Positions 43,018 through 53,782 of a stretch of 64,000 nucleotides of DNA are shown here, one piece after another. The stretch's first letter is position 1, and every line of letters begins with the position of its first letter. The DNA comes from Syntrophobacterales bacterium. GTDB lineage: Bacteria; Desulfobacterota; Desulfobaccia; Desulfobaccales; 0-14-0-80-60-11. A model generated the notes under the pieces. It was not told the DNA's origin. It searched no databases and worked only from the letters and a program-made list of their open reading frames with translations. The stretch is from contig JAGVAH010000044.1 in assembly GCA_020060385.1 (NCBI GenBank), forward strand, positions 7,235 to 71,234, in the 5' to 3' direction. The position numbers were made by a program, and so were the translations under genes.

Positions 43018-44166
43018 TTAGTTTTTTTGCCTCATGACTGATACCCTAATCTGCTGCACCGCAATCAATGAGACCAAGCTCATCGCCGCCCCGGCAACGA
43101 AGGGAATGCGGTAGTCCACCATCCACAGGAACCCGCCGATAGCTGGGAGAAATACCGCGGCAATGTGGTTGATGGTGAAGCCCATGGCCATACTGGGAGC
43201 AATGTCCCGGGGGTCCGCCACCTTCTGGAAGAAGGTCTGAATGGCAATGGCAAAATTGAAGAATACATGATCCAAGATGAACAGAATGGAGAGGACAAGT
43301 TTTGATTGGACCAGGGCATAGGCCAAGAAGATAAAAAATAGGCTGATGTATTCCAATGACAGCACTTTTCTTTCCCCAAAGCGGAGGATGCTTTTACCGA
43401 TTGTCGGGCTCAGGAAATAATTGATCAGGTCATTAACCACAAAGAGTATGGTTATCTCTTGGAGGCTAAAATGGCACCTCTTGACCAGCAGGAAGACGGC
43501 AAAGGCCATAAAAATCTGACGGCGAGCCCCGCCCATAAAAGTAAGAAAATAGAAAAGCCAATATTTCTTGCGGAAAATCATCTTCTTGTGCTGGGGGATA
43601 ATATCCTCATGGGTTGGATCGTGCAGCAACCCCCAGATGCTGGCAGCGACGATGGCGCCGCCGATAATCAAGTAGATCTGTCTGTAATTCAAAAAAGCCG
43701 CCAGGCAGTAAATCAAAATCCCAATAACCACGCTGGAACCGGAGGCCAAACTGCGCATTTTTCCGAAAATCCCTGCTGATTTGGTGGCGTCAAAATATTG
43801 CAGGGTCAACGACTGATTCGTGGTCTCGTAATAGTGGAAGCCAAAACTCATGAGAAGCGTGGTGAGACTGAGTCCCAGGAAGGAAGGAAACCATCCGGTC
43901 ATCACCAGTCCCAGCCCCAGGCAGAGAATCGACAGAGCGGATAGCCGATGTTCCTTGATCACCAGCATAATAAAGACGGCCAGCAGGGCCAGGAAGCCGG
44001 GAATTTCACGAATGGATTGGATCATACCGATCTGGCTGCCATCCAAATGCACTACTTCCACGGCAAAGTTATTGAAAAGGGTGAGCCAGGCTTTGAGGCC
44101 AATTGTCGAACTGATGGTCAGCACCATCAAGAAACGAAACATGGCATTTTGGTTATTTCTCAGCAC
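43018..44166 (-). CDS. MFS transporter
   Basis: About 12 TM segments; SIREIPGFL; GFHYYET; RRQIF..FA.FLLV; FTINHIAAV; lower GC than neighbours. Confidence 0.88.
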   Translation of the reverse strand: MLRNNQNAMFRFLMVLTISSTIGLKAWLTLFNNFAVEVVHLDGSQIGMIQSIREIPGFLALLAVFIMLVIKEHRLSALSILCLGLGLVMTGWFPSFLGLSLTTLLMSFGFHYYETTNQSLTLQYFDATKSAGIFGKMRSLASGSSVVIGILIYCLAAFLNYRQIYLIIGGAIVAASIWGLLHDPTHEDIIPQHKKMIFRKKYWLFYFLTFMGGARRQIFMAFAVFLLVKRCHFSLQEITILFVVNDLINYFLSPTIGKSILRFGERKVLSLEYISLFFIFLAYALVQSKLVLSILFILDHVFFNFAIAIQTFFQKVADPRDIAPSMAMGFTINHIAAVFLPAIGGFLWMVDYRIPFVAGAAMSLVSLIAVQQIRVSVMRQKN

Positions 44167-44448
44167 GAGGATTATTCCGAAATTATGCGGCCGCCTGACC
44201 TGCCCACTGGTTATGCCAGGTTTTAAGTTAGGATGCGGTTCAAGTCAAGCCATGGATCCTGTTGGGGGCTTTGTGGGGATGACGCTAGCCAAAGTATTAA
44301 TGGCCGATTTCTTGCCAGACGTAAAACCTGGCATCTAATGTGAAAAATTTTTAGAGATGAACCCACGATCTTCCCCGTAAATCGAGAAAAATCAAGGCAT
44401 TCAAATTCTAAACCCTAAATCTTGAACTTTAAACTAGCCAGCGGCGAT

Positions 44449-44994
44449 CTATTTTTTCCCTTTCAATTTGATGGTGCAAAAGGAGTCCAGGGCGAGGGGC
44501 CGATATTTTTCCAAACCCGCCGGATTTGCGGCCGCGTAGCCGAAACTGACGTTGAGCCCCTTCTCCACCAGGAGGTAGTTTTCCTGAATCAGCTGGCCGG
44601 GAATTTCCACCTCAAATTTGACGCATTTAAACTGGCAGATGGTGGACTCGGCCAGACGATATTTGGCCTCGGGTTTTTCCCGTTGCAACTTCCCCATGAT
44701 TAGCCGCTTGGCCGCCAGTAATTTTTCAAAGGTCCCTTCCTGGGGGGACGCGGGCATGACGATAATACTGAGAGTGGCCTGGCGGTCCGGAGAAGTAAAG
44801 CGCACGCGCCCCACTTTGGCGTCGGGATAATCCTTTTCCACCCAACCCGGGGGTGGAGTGAAGGAAAAATATCCATGGAGGTCGCTGTAGGTTTTGGGGT
44901 TAGCGGCGGCCTGGGCCCCACCCGGAGCGTACCCCCAACACAGGCAGAGGATGGACAGAAGCCACCACGATTGTTTCCAAAGTCGGGCATTCAT
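44449..44994 (-). CDS. Exported hypothetical protein (PsbP/Mog1-like)
   Basis: Signal peptide; YSD..GYFSFTPPPGW motif. Confidence 0.65.
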   Translation of the reverse strand: MNARLWKQSWWLLSILCLCWGYAPGGAQAAANPKTYSDLHGYFSFTPPPGWVEKDYPDAKVGRVRFTSPDRQATLSIIVMPASPQEGTFEKLLAAKRLIMGKLQREKPEAKYRLAESTICQFKCVKFEVEIPGQLIQENYLLVEKGLNVSFGYAAANPAGLEKYRPLALDSFCTIKLKGKK

Positions 44995-45298
44995 GATATG
45001 CGCCTTTCTGAAAGATAATTTAGGTTATCTTACACCTTTTCCGCCTTAAAAATTAAATTAATTCCTGGCCTTCCCGGGGTAAAGCCCATACCCCCCTTCT
45101 TGCCTCTCCCCGGGGAAATGTCTATAATTAACAAAAAGGGCGGGCCGGCCAGATTTGGCCTTTACAAAACCTTTGTTTGCAGGGGCATATCAGGTGTACG
45201 CCCCAAGAGGCGGACACTCGGGTCCGCTCCTACAATTCCCCTGGTTTCCCAGGGAAGATGGCATTAATGTTTATTGCCGCCAATATCTCTAAAGAATT

Positions 45299-47065
45299 AT
45301 GGAAAAGATACCTGATCAAAAAGAGCTGGAAAAAGAACTGAGCGACTACCTCTCCAATAAATATGGCAGCCGCATCCGGGTGCTCTCCCAGCAACTGGCG
45401 GTGGAGCCGGAGCTTGAGGGGGAAGGCCGGGGCAAGGCCGGCAAATCCAGCCGTATCCGTTTTGACCTCAAGCCCGAGGAGCTGGAAGCCTACCTGAACG
45501 AGTACGTCATCAAGCAGGAGATCGCCAAGAGCATTCTGGCCACCAAGGTCTGCACCCATTTCAACCGCATCCGCTATTTCCTGGAGCAGGGCCGGGAACC
45601 CGAACCCGGGGTGGGGGCCATCAAGAATAACATCATCCTCATCGGCCCCACGGGGGTGGGAAAAACCTACCTGGTAAAACTCATCGCCAAAAAGATCGGC
45701 GTCCCCTTCGTCAAGGGAGATGCCACCAAGTTCAGCGAAACCGGCTACGTGGGCGGGGACGTGGAAGACCTGGTCCGGGATCTGGTCTATGCCGCGGGGG
45801 ACGATCTGGAGCTAGCCCAATACGGCATCATCTACCTGGACGAAGTGGACAAGATCGCGTCCAGCAACACCTTCTGGGGGGGGCCGGATGTCTCCCGCAC
45901 CGGGGTGCAGCGGGCCTTGCTTAAACCCATGGAAGAAACGGAAGTGGACCTGAAGGTGGCCCACGACCCGGTCTCCCAGATCCAGGCCATTGAGCAGTAC
46001 CGCCGCACCGGCAAAAAGGAGAAGAAGACCCTGAACACCCGCCACATTCTCTTCATCGTCAGCGGCGCGTTCAACGGCCTGGAGAAGGTGGTGAAAGAGC
46101 GTCTGAGCAAGCAGGGCATGGGGTTTCAGGCCGCCATGAACACCCGGGAGCAGGAACGGGATTTCCTGAAGCAGGTGACGGCCGAGGACCTGATCAAATA
46201 CGGTTTTGAATCGGAATTCGTGGGCCGCCTGCCGGTCATCGCGGTGCTGGATGAGCTCACTGCCGACGATCTCTATGAAATCCTGAGGAATCCCAACAAT
46301 CCCATCATTACCAGCAAAAAGCGGGACTTCCTGGCCTACGGCATTGACATCAAGTTTGAGGACAAAGCCCTGAATCTCCTGGCGGAGCGGGCCGCCCTGG
46401 AAAAAACCGGGGCCCGGGGGCTGGTGAGCGTCATCGAACGCATCCTCATCCAGTTTGAGAAACGTCTGCCCTCCACGGCCATCAAGGAATTGGTGGTCAC
46501 CCCGGAACTGGTGGCCCGGCCGGAGGAGGAACTGGAGGCAATGTTGGCCCAGCCGGACGCGCCGATCAGGCGGGAGCGCTTTCAAAAGGCCAGCCAGCAG
46601 GAGCAGGTGATCTTGAAGGAATCCATCTGGCGCCGGGAAGGGGAGCTGCGGCGGCGCTATCATCTACCCCTGACCGCGGCCCGGGTGGATTTGATCGCCG
46701 CCCAATATCTGCGCTGTGACTGCGATCTGAAGACCGCGTTTGAGGAAGTGGGGCGCTGCCACGAGCAGGTGCTGGCCTTTGGGGACCGCTTTTTTTCCGA
46801 ACACCAGATCCACCTGGAGTTTGACCCCGAGGCCATGGACGAGATCCTGCGCCGGGCCTTGGAGCCAGGCTCCTCGGTGACCCAGATCTGCCAGGAAATG
46901 TCCCAGGACCTGGAATACGCCCTGAAACTGGTGCGGGACCGCACCTCCCAGGATCACTTCCTCCTCACCCGGGAGGCCATCAGCGACCTGGAAAGCTATC
47001 TGAACCGGGTCATCCGGGACTACTACCAGAAAACCCTGTTCCGGGAGGGTGAAACCGCCCGATGA
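45299..47065 (+). CDS. ClpX-like AAA+ ATPase, atypical (no N-terminal Zn finger, long C-terminal extension)
   Basis: GPTGVGKT; DATKFSETGYVGGDVE; YLDEVDKI; DVS..GVQ.ALLK; EFVGRLP; TGARGL. Confidence 0.88.
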   Translation: MEKIPDQKELEKELSDYLSNKYGSRIRVLSQQLAVEPELEGEGRGKAGKSSRIRFDLKPEELEAYLNEYVIKQEIAKSILATKVCTHFNRIRYFLEQGREPEPGVGAIKNNIILIGPTGVGKTYLVKLIAKKIGVPFVKGDATKFSETGYVGGDVEDLVRDLVYAAGDDLELAQYGIIYLDEVDKIASSNTFWGGPDVSRTGVQRALLKPMEETEVDLKVAHDPVSQIQAIEQYRRTGKKEKKTLNTRHILFIVSGAFNGLEKVVKERLSKQGMGFQAAMNTREQERDFLKQVTAEDLIKYGFESEFVGRLPVIAVLDELTADDLYEILRNPNNPIITSKKRDFLAYGIDIKFEDKALNLLAERAALEKTGARGLVSVIERILIQFEKRLPSTAIKELVVTPELVARPEEELEAMLAQPDAPIRRERFQKASQQEQVILKESIWRREGELRRRYHLPLTAARVDLIAAQYLRCDCDLKTAFEEVGRCHEQVLAFGDRFFSEHQIHLEFDPEAMDEILRRALEPGSSVTQICQEMSQDLEYALKLVRDRTSQDHFLLTREAISDLESYLNRVIRDYYQKTLFREGETAR

Positions 47066-48258
47066 TTGGGGTCTCCAAGCTTTACTGCGGCGCGGTGGAG
47101 CCGGGGGACGTGCTGCGTTACCGGGGCCGCGGCGCCAAGGACCTGCCGTCCCACCTGCTGCAATTCTCCGCAGACAAAAAGCCGGTGGTGGTCTGGAACC
47201 TCACCAAGCGCTGCAACCTCAAGTGCCTCCATTGCTACGCCCAGGCCACGGCCACCGCCGCGCCCGATGAACTGAGCCAGGAGGAAGGCCTGGACCTGCT
47301 CCGGGACCTCCGGGACTTCGGGGTGCCGGTGGTCCTCTTTTCCGGGGGCGAACCCCTGATGCGCCCCGATCTTTACGACCTGGTGGCCAAGACCGTGGCC
47401 TGGGGGATGCGAGCGGTGATCTCCACCAACGGCACCTTGATCGACCGGGACACGGCCTGGCGCCTCAAAGACCTGGGCCTCTCCTACGTGGGCATCAGCC
47501 TGGACGGCACCCAGGAGATCCACGATAGATTCCGGGGGCAACCGGGTTCTTTTGCCGCGGCCATGAAAGGGGTGACCCACTGCCAGGAGAGGGGCCTCAA
47601 GGTGGGATTGCGCTTTACGGTCAGCCGCCTCAACTATCTGGAAGTGCCGGCCATCTTCGATCTGGTGGAGGCATATGACATCCCCCGTATCTGTTTCTAC
47701 CACCTGGTCTATGCCGGCCGGGGGAGCAAGCTGGTGGAGGAGGCCCTGAGCCACGGCCAGACCCGGGAACTGGTGGACCTGATCTTAACCCGCACCCGGC
47801 GTCTCTTCGATGGCGGCCGGACGGTGGAAGTCCTGACGGTGGACAACCACGCGGACGGCCCCTATATCTACCAGAGACTGCTCCAGGAAGACCCCCGGCG
47901 GGCCGCAAAGGTGTTGGAACTGCTGCAGATGAACGAAGGGAACCAGTCCGGCCGGGGCATCGGCTGCGTCAGCTGGGATGGGGAGGTGCATCCGGACCAG
48001 TTCTGGCGCCACTATACCTTGGGCAACGTCAGGCAGCGCCCCTTCAGCGAGATCTGGACCGACCTCTCCAACCCCCTCATGGCCCAACTCAAGGACAAAA
48101 AACGCCACGTCGCCGGCCGCTGCGCCCCATGCCGCTGGCTGGATATTTGCGGCGGCAACTTCCGGGTGCGGGCCGAGGCCCTCACCGGCGACCTCTGGGC
48201 CCCGGACCCCGCCTGTTATCTCACCGATGCGGAGATTGGCTTGAGTAAAGATGGTTGA
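47062..48258 (+). CDS. ahbC: Radical SAM/SPASM protein AhbC (NirJ1-like; alternative heme biosynthesis)
   Basis: MIGVSKLYCG..EP.D.LRY; SADKKPVVVWN; CNLKCLHC; YHLVYAGRG; LTVDNHADG; C.GNFRVRAE; DPACY. Confidence 0.88.
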   Translation: MIGVSKLYCGAVEPGDVLRYRGRGAKDLPSHLLQFSADKKPVVVWNLTKRCNLKCLHCYAQATATAAPDELSQEEGLDLLRDLRDFGVPVVLFSGGEPLMRPDLYDLVAKTVAWGMRAVISTNGTLIDRDTAWRLKDLGLSYVGISLDGTQEIHDRFRGQPGSFAAAMKGVTHCQERGLKVGLRFTVSRLNYLEVPAIFDLVEAYDIPRICFYHLVYAGRGSKLVEEALSHGQTRELVDLILTRTRRLFDGGRTVEVLTVDNHADGPYIYQRLLQEDPRRAAKVLELLQMNEGNQSGRGIGCVSWDGEVHPDQFWRHYTLGNVRQRPFSEIWTDLSNPLMAQLKDKKRHVAGRCAPCRWLDICGGNFRVRAEALTGDLWAPDPACYLTDAEIGLSKDG

Positions 48259-48460
48259 GGAACAGGAACGGCAAGAGTCTGAAAAGCCTGGGGGCAGGAC
48301 CCTGACCCTGCCACCAAATCCCTTGTAAATAATAAAGGCGGACCACCCTTGGGCAATACCTGGGTGATACCGCCGTTACTGCGGTCAGGGACGGACAGGG
48401 CAGGGCCGGATGGGTTTCCGGAAACTGCCTTCTTGGCTTGCCAGCGACTAAATTACAGCC

Positions 48461-48667
48461 TCAGATCTTGCTGACCTTTACCGCCTGTAGACCTTTGGGG
48501 CCTTCGTTCACCTCGAATTCCACCTTGTCATCTTCCTTCAAAGTGCGAAAGCCGGTGCCCACGATGTTGGTATAATGTACGAACAGGTCGGGGCCGTCAT
48601 CCCGCTTGATGAAGCCATAGCCCTTGGCTTCATTGAACCACTTGACGCTGCCGGTATAGCGTTCCAT
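48461..48667 (-). CDS. Cold-shock protein (CspA family)
   Basis: [15 protein letters not shown]; DLFVHY; GFRTL; GPKGLQA; RBS GGAGGAG. Confidence 0.95.
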   Translation of the reverse strand: MERYTGSVKWFNEAKGYGFIKRDDGPDLFVHYTNIVGTGFRTLKEDDKVEFEVNEGPKGLQAVKVSKI

Positions 48668-49020
48668 AACTCCTCCCGCTCCCTTGACCTCTATTCCTTT
48701 GTCGGCTTCCAGTTGCGGGGGTCGCAGGCCAAAAAAAAAACGGCCGGCTCCCGCCATACCGTCATCATTATTAATGCCTTGCTTGATCGCCCCGATACAC
48801 TGCATTTACGCCTGACTAAAGGATAAACTGCCCAATAGCACAGTTCGCCAGGATTTGTCAAGAAATTTTCTTAATTATGCTTGGGGCTTGCCTAAATAAC
48901 AAAGTAATCACTAAAGAACTTTTTACTCTCCCTTAAATGAGGAATAGTTCGCCACGAAACTTTACTTTTAACTCTGCACGTGGAACTTTATCGGGTAGAG
49001 ACAAAACCTTGCCGTTACCT

Positions 49021-49971
49021 TTACTCTCCTAACAGCAGCCGCAGGTGGTCTTCCACGCAGTCGGCCAGGACCGTCAGGTTGTAGCCCCCTTCCAGGACCG
49101 ATATCACCCGGCCGCCGGCTTCCTCCCGGGCCAGGTTGATCAAGCTGCGGCCCATGGTCTGATAGCCCTCCCGGGAGAGGTTCTGGTGGGCCAGGGGGTC
49201 ATCCTGGTGGCCGTCAAAGCCCGCGGAGATCAGCAGAAACTGGGGGGAAAACCGCTGCAACCGGGGCAGCCCTTCTTTCTCCAAGGCCTGCAGATACAGG
49301 TCGTCTCCACTCCCCGGGGGCAGGGGCAGGTTGAGGGTGAAACCCTGGCCCGGTCCTTTGCCCTGCTCCCGGCGGTAGCCGGTGCCGGGATAACAGTATT
49401 GGGGATCTTCATGCAGGGATAGATAAAAAACCCGGGGATCGGCCTCGAAGAGGTGCTGGGTGCCGTTGCCGTGGTGCACGTCCCAGTCCACCACGGCCAC
49501 CCGCTCCAGGCCGAATTCCTCCAGGAGATAGAGCGCGGCCAGGGCCACGTTGTTGAAAAAACAGAAACCCAGGGCCCGGCCCTTTTCCGCGTGGTGCCCC
49601 GGCGGCCGCACCGCGCAGAAGGCATTGTCCACCTCCCCTTTCATCACCGCGTCCACCGCGGCCATGACCCCGCCCGCAGCCAGGAGGGCGATCTCATAGG
49701 ACTCCGGACAGATGCCGCAATCGGGCACCCCGAGAACGGACCGGCCCCGCTCGCAGGCCTCCCGGAATCGCTGGATATAATCGGGGTCATGCAACCGCTC
49801 CACCCAGGCCAAAGGCGCGGCGTAAGGGGGAATGCGCACCAGGGACTCCAAGAGGCCGTTGCTTTGGATTCGCCCGTGGATGGCCTCCAGCCGGGCCGGG
49901 CGCTCGGGATGCCACTCTCCAGGTTGATGCCGCAGGTATCGCTCATCATAGACATAGCCGGTGCGAGGCAT
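49021..49971 (-). CDS. Histone deacetylase-family (acetoin utilization AcuC-like) protein
   Basis: HPERP.RL; RPPGHHA; GFCFFNN; DWDVHHGNGTQ; SAGFD...DPL; LEGGY. Confidence 0.94.
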   Translation of the reverse strand: MPRTGYVYDERYLRHQPGEWHPERPARLEAIHGRIQSNGLLESLVRIPPYAAPLAWVERLHDPDYIQRFREACERGRSVLGVPDCGICPESYEIALLAAGGVMAAVDAVMKGEVDNAFCAVRPPGHHAEKGRALGFCFFNNVALAALYLLEEFGLERVAVVDWDVHHGNGTQHLFEADPRVFYLSLHEDPQYCYPGTGYRREQGKGPGQGFTLNLPLPPGSGDDLYLQALEKEGLPRLQRFSPQFLLISAGFDGHQDDPLAHQNLSREGYQTMGRSLINLAREEAGGRVISVLEGGYNLTVLADCVEDHLRLLLGE

Positions 49972-50154
49972 AGATCTCTCCTCTCCACTGTATCAGCCAA
50001 AAACAGGCTTACCTAGCGTAACCCGAAGAACTGCGGGATGCAAAGGAATTTGGCACGGCAATCTGCGGGAGAGGCTAAGGGATATGAAATAGAGGGGAAA
50101 GGGGACAAGGCGAGAGCAATTTGCCCATCACCCTTTTCGCCCCTCCCCCCAGCC

Positions 50155-50736
50155 TCAAGCCACCAAGCGTTTTTCCACCACTTCCCACTTGATATTTTTG
50201 AAGTAGTTGTTGACGTAGTCCATCTTTTTCAGGCCATAGTCGATCATAAAGGCGTGTTCGAAGACGTCCAGGATCAGGATGGGGTTGCAGCCCGCGGGAT
50301 GGCCCACATCGTGCTCATTGATCCACTGGTTGAGGAGCAGACCGCTGGCGGGATCCTCATAACAGACGACCCAGCCGATGCCCCGCATGGCCGCGGTGGC
50401 CACAAAGTCTTTGGCGCAGGCGTCCACCGAGCCGAACTGGGCCTCCACCTTTTTGACCAGCTGCGGGGCCTGGGCAGGATCTCCGTCACCCCCCAGGTTC
50501 TCGAAGTAGAGTTCGTGCAAGCGCATACCGTTGAACTCCCAGCCCAGACGTCTTTTAAGTTCAGCAAATTCCGGGGTGCCTTCCTTGCCTGCCTGCAGCA
50601 TGTCTGCAAGGAGGCCCATCACTTTATTGGTGTTGGCCACATAGCCCTGATAGAGGGTGAAGTGGTTTTGCAGCAAGGTGTCACTGAATCCCTGCATTCC
50701 CAAAAGAGAAGAATAGTCTTTGGCCGTATAGCTCAT
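50155..50736 (-). CDS. Fe/Mn superoxide dismutase
   Basis: NHFTLYQGYV; LHELYFENL; GIGW; DVFEHAF..DYG. Confidence 0.92.
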   Translation of the reverse strand: MSYTAKDYSSLLGMQGFSDTLLQNHFTLYQGYVANTNKVMGLLADMLQAGKEGTPEFAELKRRLGWEFNGMRLHELYFENLGGDGDPAQAPQLVKKVEAQFGSVDACAKDFVATAAMRGIGWVVCYEDPASGLLLNQWINEHDVGHPAGCNPILILDVFEHAFMIDYGLKKMDYVNNYFKNIKWEVVEKRLVA

Positions 50737-50901
50737 GTTTGCTCCTTTTTGCCTTTGAAGGCCGCCAAGATGTTTGACTTAATATAGTCCTGGAGGCAGG
50801 CAAATCAAGGTGGAAAAGGGAAAAGGCCGGGACGCCGATGTCCGGATGACGATTTGTTCAAGTTTTCGGACGGGGGTGCCGAAAGTTTTTCAGGAGTCAT
50901 T

Positions 50902-52614
50902 ATGCCGCGCCTGGGGGCCAAAGAAGCCACTGCCAAAACAAAGGGAACGGAAGCGCCTCCCGATTATTTCTCTTTTCCCGGGGAGGAGGCCGGGTCTTTT
51001 CTGGAGACCCTGGGAAACCTCTCTTTGCGCTGCGTGGGCATCACCGATCACACCGGGATCATCCGCTTTACCAATCCGGCCTGTGTGCAGATTTACGACC
51101 TGGAACCGCGGGAGATAATGGGGCGTCATTTCCGGGAATTCTATGCCCAGCCTGCGGCCCTGGAGAAGATGCTGGCGGAGCTCAGGACCAAAGGCCGGGT
51201 GGAGAACTGGCCCATCAAGGCCCGGAACCGCCAGGGCAAAGCCGTGCCGGTGGAAATAACCATGGTGCGGATTTCCGGTCCCAACCAGCGGGTCCTGGGC
51301 AGCGTGGCGGTAGTCCAAGATAAACGGCAACCCGAGGAGCTGGTGCGGCGGCTGCAGCGTCAGGAATTGACCCTGATGCGCCTCAACCGCAGCCTGGAGC
51401 ACGCCAATCTGGAATTGGACCGGGCCAGCCGTTTGAAGAGCGAATTCCTGGCCAATACCTCCCATGAGCTGCGGACCCCCCTCAATGCCATCATGGGCTT
51501 CCTGCGCCTGGTCCTGGACGGTCTCTGCGACAATCCCCAGGAGGAGCGGGAGTTCCTCCAGAACGCCCTGGACAGCGCCCGCAGCCTTCTGAACCTGATT
51601 AACGACCTTTTGGACAGCGCCCGCATCGAAGCAGGGAACATGGAAGTGCAGCTGGTGGAGGTGAACGTCCCCCAGGTCTTTGAAGCGGTGCGCAAACTGA
51701 CCCAAATCCAAGCGGATCAGAAAGGCCTGCCCCTGAGTTTTCATCCTTCCCGGGGCAAGATGGTGGTGCGGGCGGACCCGGGGAAGTTCCAGCAGGTCCT
51801 GGTCAATCTGGCGGCCAACGCCATCAAGTTTACCCATCAAGGGGAGGTGCGCATCAAGGCCCGGTCCTTTCCCTCGAAGGGCCATGTGCGCTTCGAAGTC
51901 AAGGACACGGGCATTGGCGTGAGCCCTGAGTCCCAGCGGGATTTGTTCAAAAAGTTTATCCAGGGGGACGGCTCCACCACCCGCAAGTACGGCGGCACTG
52001 GCCTGGGATTGGCCATCTGCAAGAATCTGGTGGAATTCATGGGGGGCCAGATCTGGCTCACCAGCCCCGGCCTGGGCCGGGGAACCGCGGTCTACTTTAC
52101 CCTGCCCCTGGTATCCCAGCCCTTGTATTGGCGCCGGGCTGAAGACCGGGAGAAAGGGCTGCAGATTACCGGCCCAGTCAAGGGTCCCCTGGTGCTTCTG
52201 GTGGAGGATGAACCCAAAATCATCGAGGTGATGACCCGCATCCTCCATAAAGGAGGTTACCGCACCGCTTATGCGGTCACCGCAGATGACGGCCTGGAGG
52301 GAGCCCGGCGTTTGCAGCCGGCCCTGATCACCATTGACATGGGCCTGCCGGTGCGGCCCCAAGCCAGGTTGCACAGTGGGGTGGACCTCTTTCTGGCCCT
52401 GAAGGGTGACCCCGATGCCGCCTTAATCCCGGCGCTCCTGGTCACCGGGCATGAACCGGCCCTGAGCCAGACCATGGAAGGGATACAGCAATTGCCTCCC
52501 ACTCTCAATAAACCTTTCCGGGCCCAGGAACTCCTGGATAAGGTGGCGGAGATGGTGAAAAAAAGGAAAGCCGGGGTGCTCGTCAATGCGGTGCGGCCTA
52601 AATTAAAAAAATAA
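50902..52614 (+). CDS. Hybrid sensor histidine kinase (PAS-HisKA-HATPase-REC)
   Basis: PAS domain; SHELRTPLN; NL..NAIKF; DTGIG; GGTGLGL; receiver with VEDE...D...KP. Confidence 0.93.
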   Translation: MPRLGAKEATAKTKGTEAPPDYFSFPGEEAGSFLETLGNLSLRCVGITDHTGIIRFTNPACVQIYDLEPREIMGRHFREFYAQPAALEKMLAELRTKGRVENWPIKARNRQGKAVPVEITMVRISGPNQRVLGSVAVVQDKRQPEELVRRLQRQELTLMRLNRSLEHANLELDRASRLKSEFLANTSHELRTPLNAIMGFLRLVLDGLCDNPQEEREFLQNALDSARSLLNLINDLLDSARIEAGNMEVQLVEVNVPQVFEAVRKLTQIQADQKGLPLSFHPSRGKMVVRADPGKFQQVLVNLAANAIKFTHQGEVRIKARSFPSKGHVRFEVKDTGIGVSPESQRDLFKKFIQGDGSTTRKYGGTGLGLAICKNLVEFMGGQIWLTSPGLGRGTAVYFTLPLVSQPLYWRRAEDREKGLQITGPVKGPLVLLVEDEPKIIEVMTRILHKGGYRTAYAVTADDGLEGARRLQPALITIDMGLPVRPQARLHSGVDLFLALKGDPDAALIPALLVTGHEPALSQTMEGIQQLPPTLNKPFRAQELLDKVAEMVKKRKAGVLVNAVRPKLKK

Positions 52615-52713
52615 TAGGCTTTCCCCGTCAATTCCCAAACTTATTGACATTTTACTAAAAATTATTTACTGAACAAGTCCAGCGAAAACCGCCAACGGTT
52701 TTTGAGGTTATAT

Positions 52714-53580
52714 ATGCCTGCAGGTCCCAAGGTCTTGGTAGTGGATGACGATCCCGCTTGTCTGCGGATCCTCCGCAAATTTTTGGAGAAGGAAGGCTAC
52801 GAGGTAACGGTGGCTGCGGATGGCACCGCCGGTCTGGCCCAGGCCCAGGAAGAGAAGCCGGCATTGATCATCTGCGACTGGATGATGCCGGGTCTGGACG
52901 GCCCCCAGGTCTGCCAGGCGGTGAAGGATGACCCCGACCTCAAAGACACCTTCTTTATCTTCCTGACCGCCATGGAAAAGAGCTACATCGGGGAAGGCAT
53001 CTCCAAGGGCGCGGACGATTTCATCACCAAACCCATCGATCCCGTGGAAGTGGGAGCCAAAGTCAAGGCGGGCCTGCGCCTCTCCCTGGCCCAGAAGACC
53101 CTCCGGGACCAGGCCCGCCGGGATGAGCTCACCGGCCTTTTCAACCGGCGCCACTGGGACCAAGCCCTGGAAGAAGCCTGCCGGGCTGGCCAACCCTTTC
53201 TGGTGGTCATGGCGGACGTGGACCGCTTCAAGGAGATCAACGACCTGTGGGGACACCGGGTGGGGGACGCGTTTCTCCAGGAAATAGCCCGGGCCTGGTC
53301 CGATCTTCTCCAGGAGCCGGAAATCCTGGCACGCCATGGGGGGGACGAGTTCGCCTGCCTTTATTACCGCCCCCTGGGCAGCCTGCTGACCCTGCGCCGG
53401 CGGGTGGAAAAGAGCCTGGCCGCGGCCTTTCCCTTTCCCGTGGGACTCAGCCTGGGCTACGCCCGCTTCCAGCCGGAGCAGCCCTTAACCCCCGTAGCCT
53501 TAATGGCCCAGGCCGACCGCCGTCTTTATGAGGAAAAAAGCCAGCACAAGGCCCAACTGGAAAAAGCCCGCAAGGGCTAA
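52714..53580 (+). CDS. Response regulator diguanylate cyclase (REC-GGDEF)
   Basis: VDDD; CDWMMP; DELTGLFNRR; DVDRFKEIND.WGH..GD; GGDEF. Confidence 0.93.
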   Translation: MPAGPKVLVVDDDPACLRILRKFLEKEGYEVTVAADGTAGLAQAQEEKPALIICDWMMPGLDGPQVCQAVKDDPDLKDTFFIFLTAMEKSYIGEGISKGADDFITKPIDPVEVGAKVKAGLRLSLAQKTLRDQARRDELTGLFNRRHWDQALEEACRAGQPFLVVMADVDRFKEINDLWGHRVGDAFLQEIARAWSDLLQEPEILARHGGDEFACLYYRPLGSLLTLRRRVEKSLAAAFPFPVGLSLGYARFQPEQPLTPVALMAQADRRLYEEKSQHKAQLEKARKG

Positions 53581-53692
53581 GGCCCAGGCCCCCCGGGAAA
53601 TCCACCTGGCCGCGGCTTTCTGCCGCTCTTCCGTCCCCAGTCTCATTTCCCCCTTTTCCGTTGCCTCGCCGGTGGGTCCTGGGGTAGTATTA

Positions 53693-53777
53693 GTGAGCAG
53701 CAAGGCGTGAGCAGAAAAAACCAAACCTTTTGACACTCTTTTTTCACTGCTTACTGCTCGCCGCTCACTGCTCACTG
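53693..53777. repeat. Inverted heptamer tandem repeat (GTGAGCA)n/(TGCTCAC)n
   Basis: gtgagcagcaaggcgtgagcag ... ttcactgcttactgctcgccgctcactgctcactg. Confidence 0.6.
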
Positions 53778-53782
53778 GCAAA

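Noticed and set aside
43018-45100. Lower-GC MFS region as a genomic island
   Set aside because: Only two genes, with no integrase, tRNA or att repeats; the composition shift alone is not sufficient evidence.
50050-50068. TTGGCACGGCAATCTGC as a sigma54 promoter
   Set aside because: The GG-to-GC spacing is one base off the strict requirement, and it points into the 3' end of a convergent gene.
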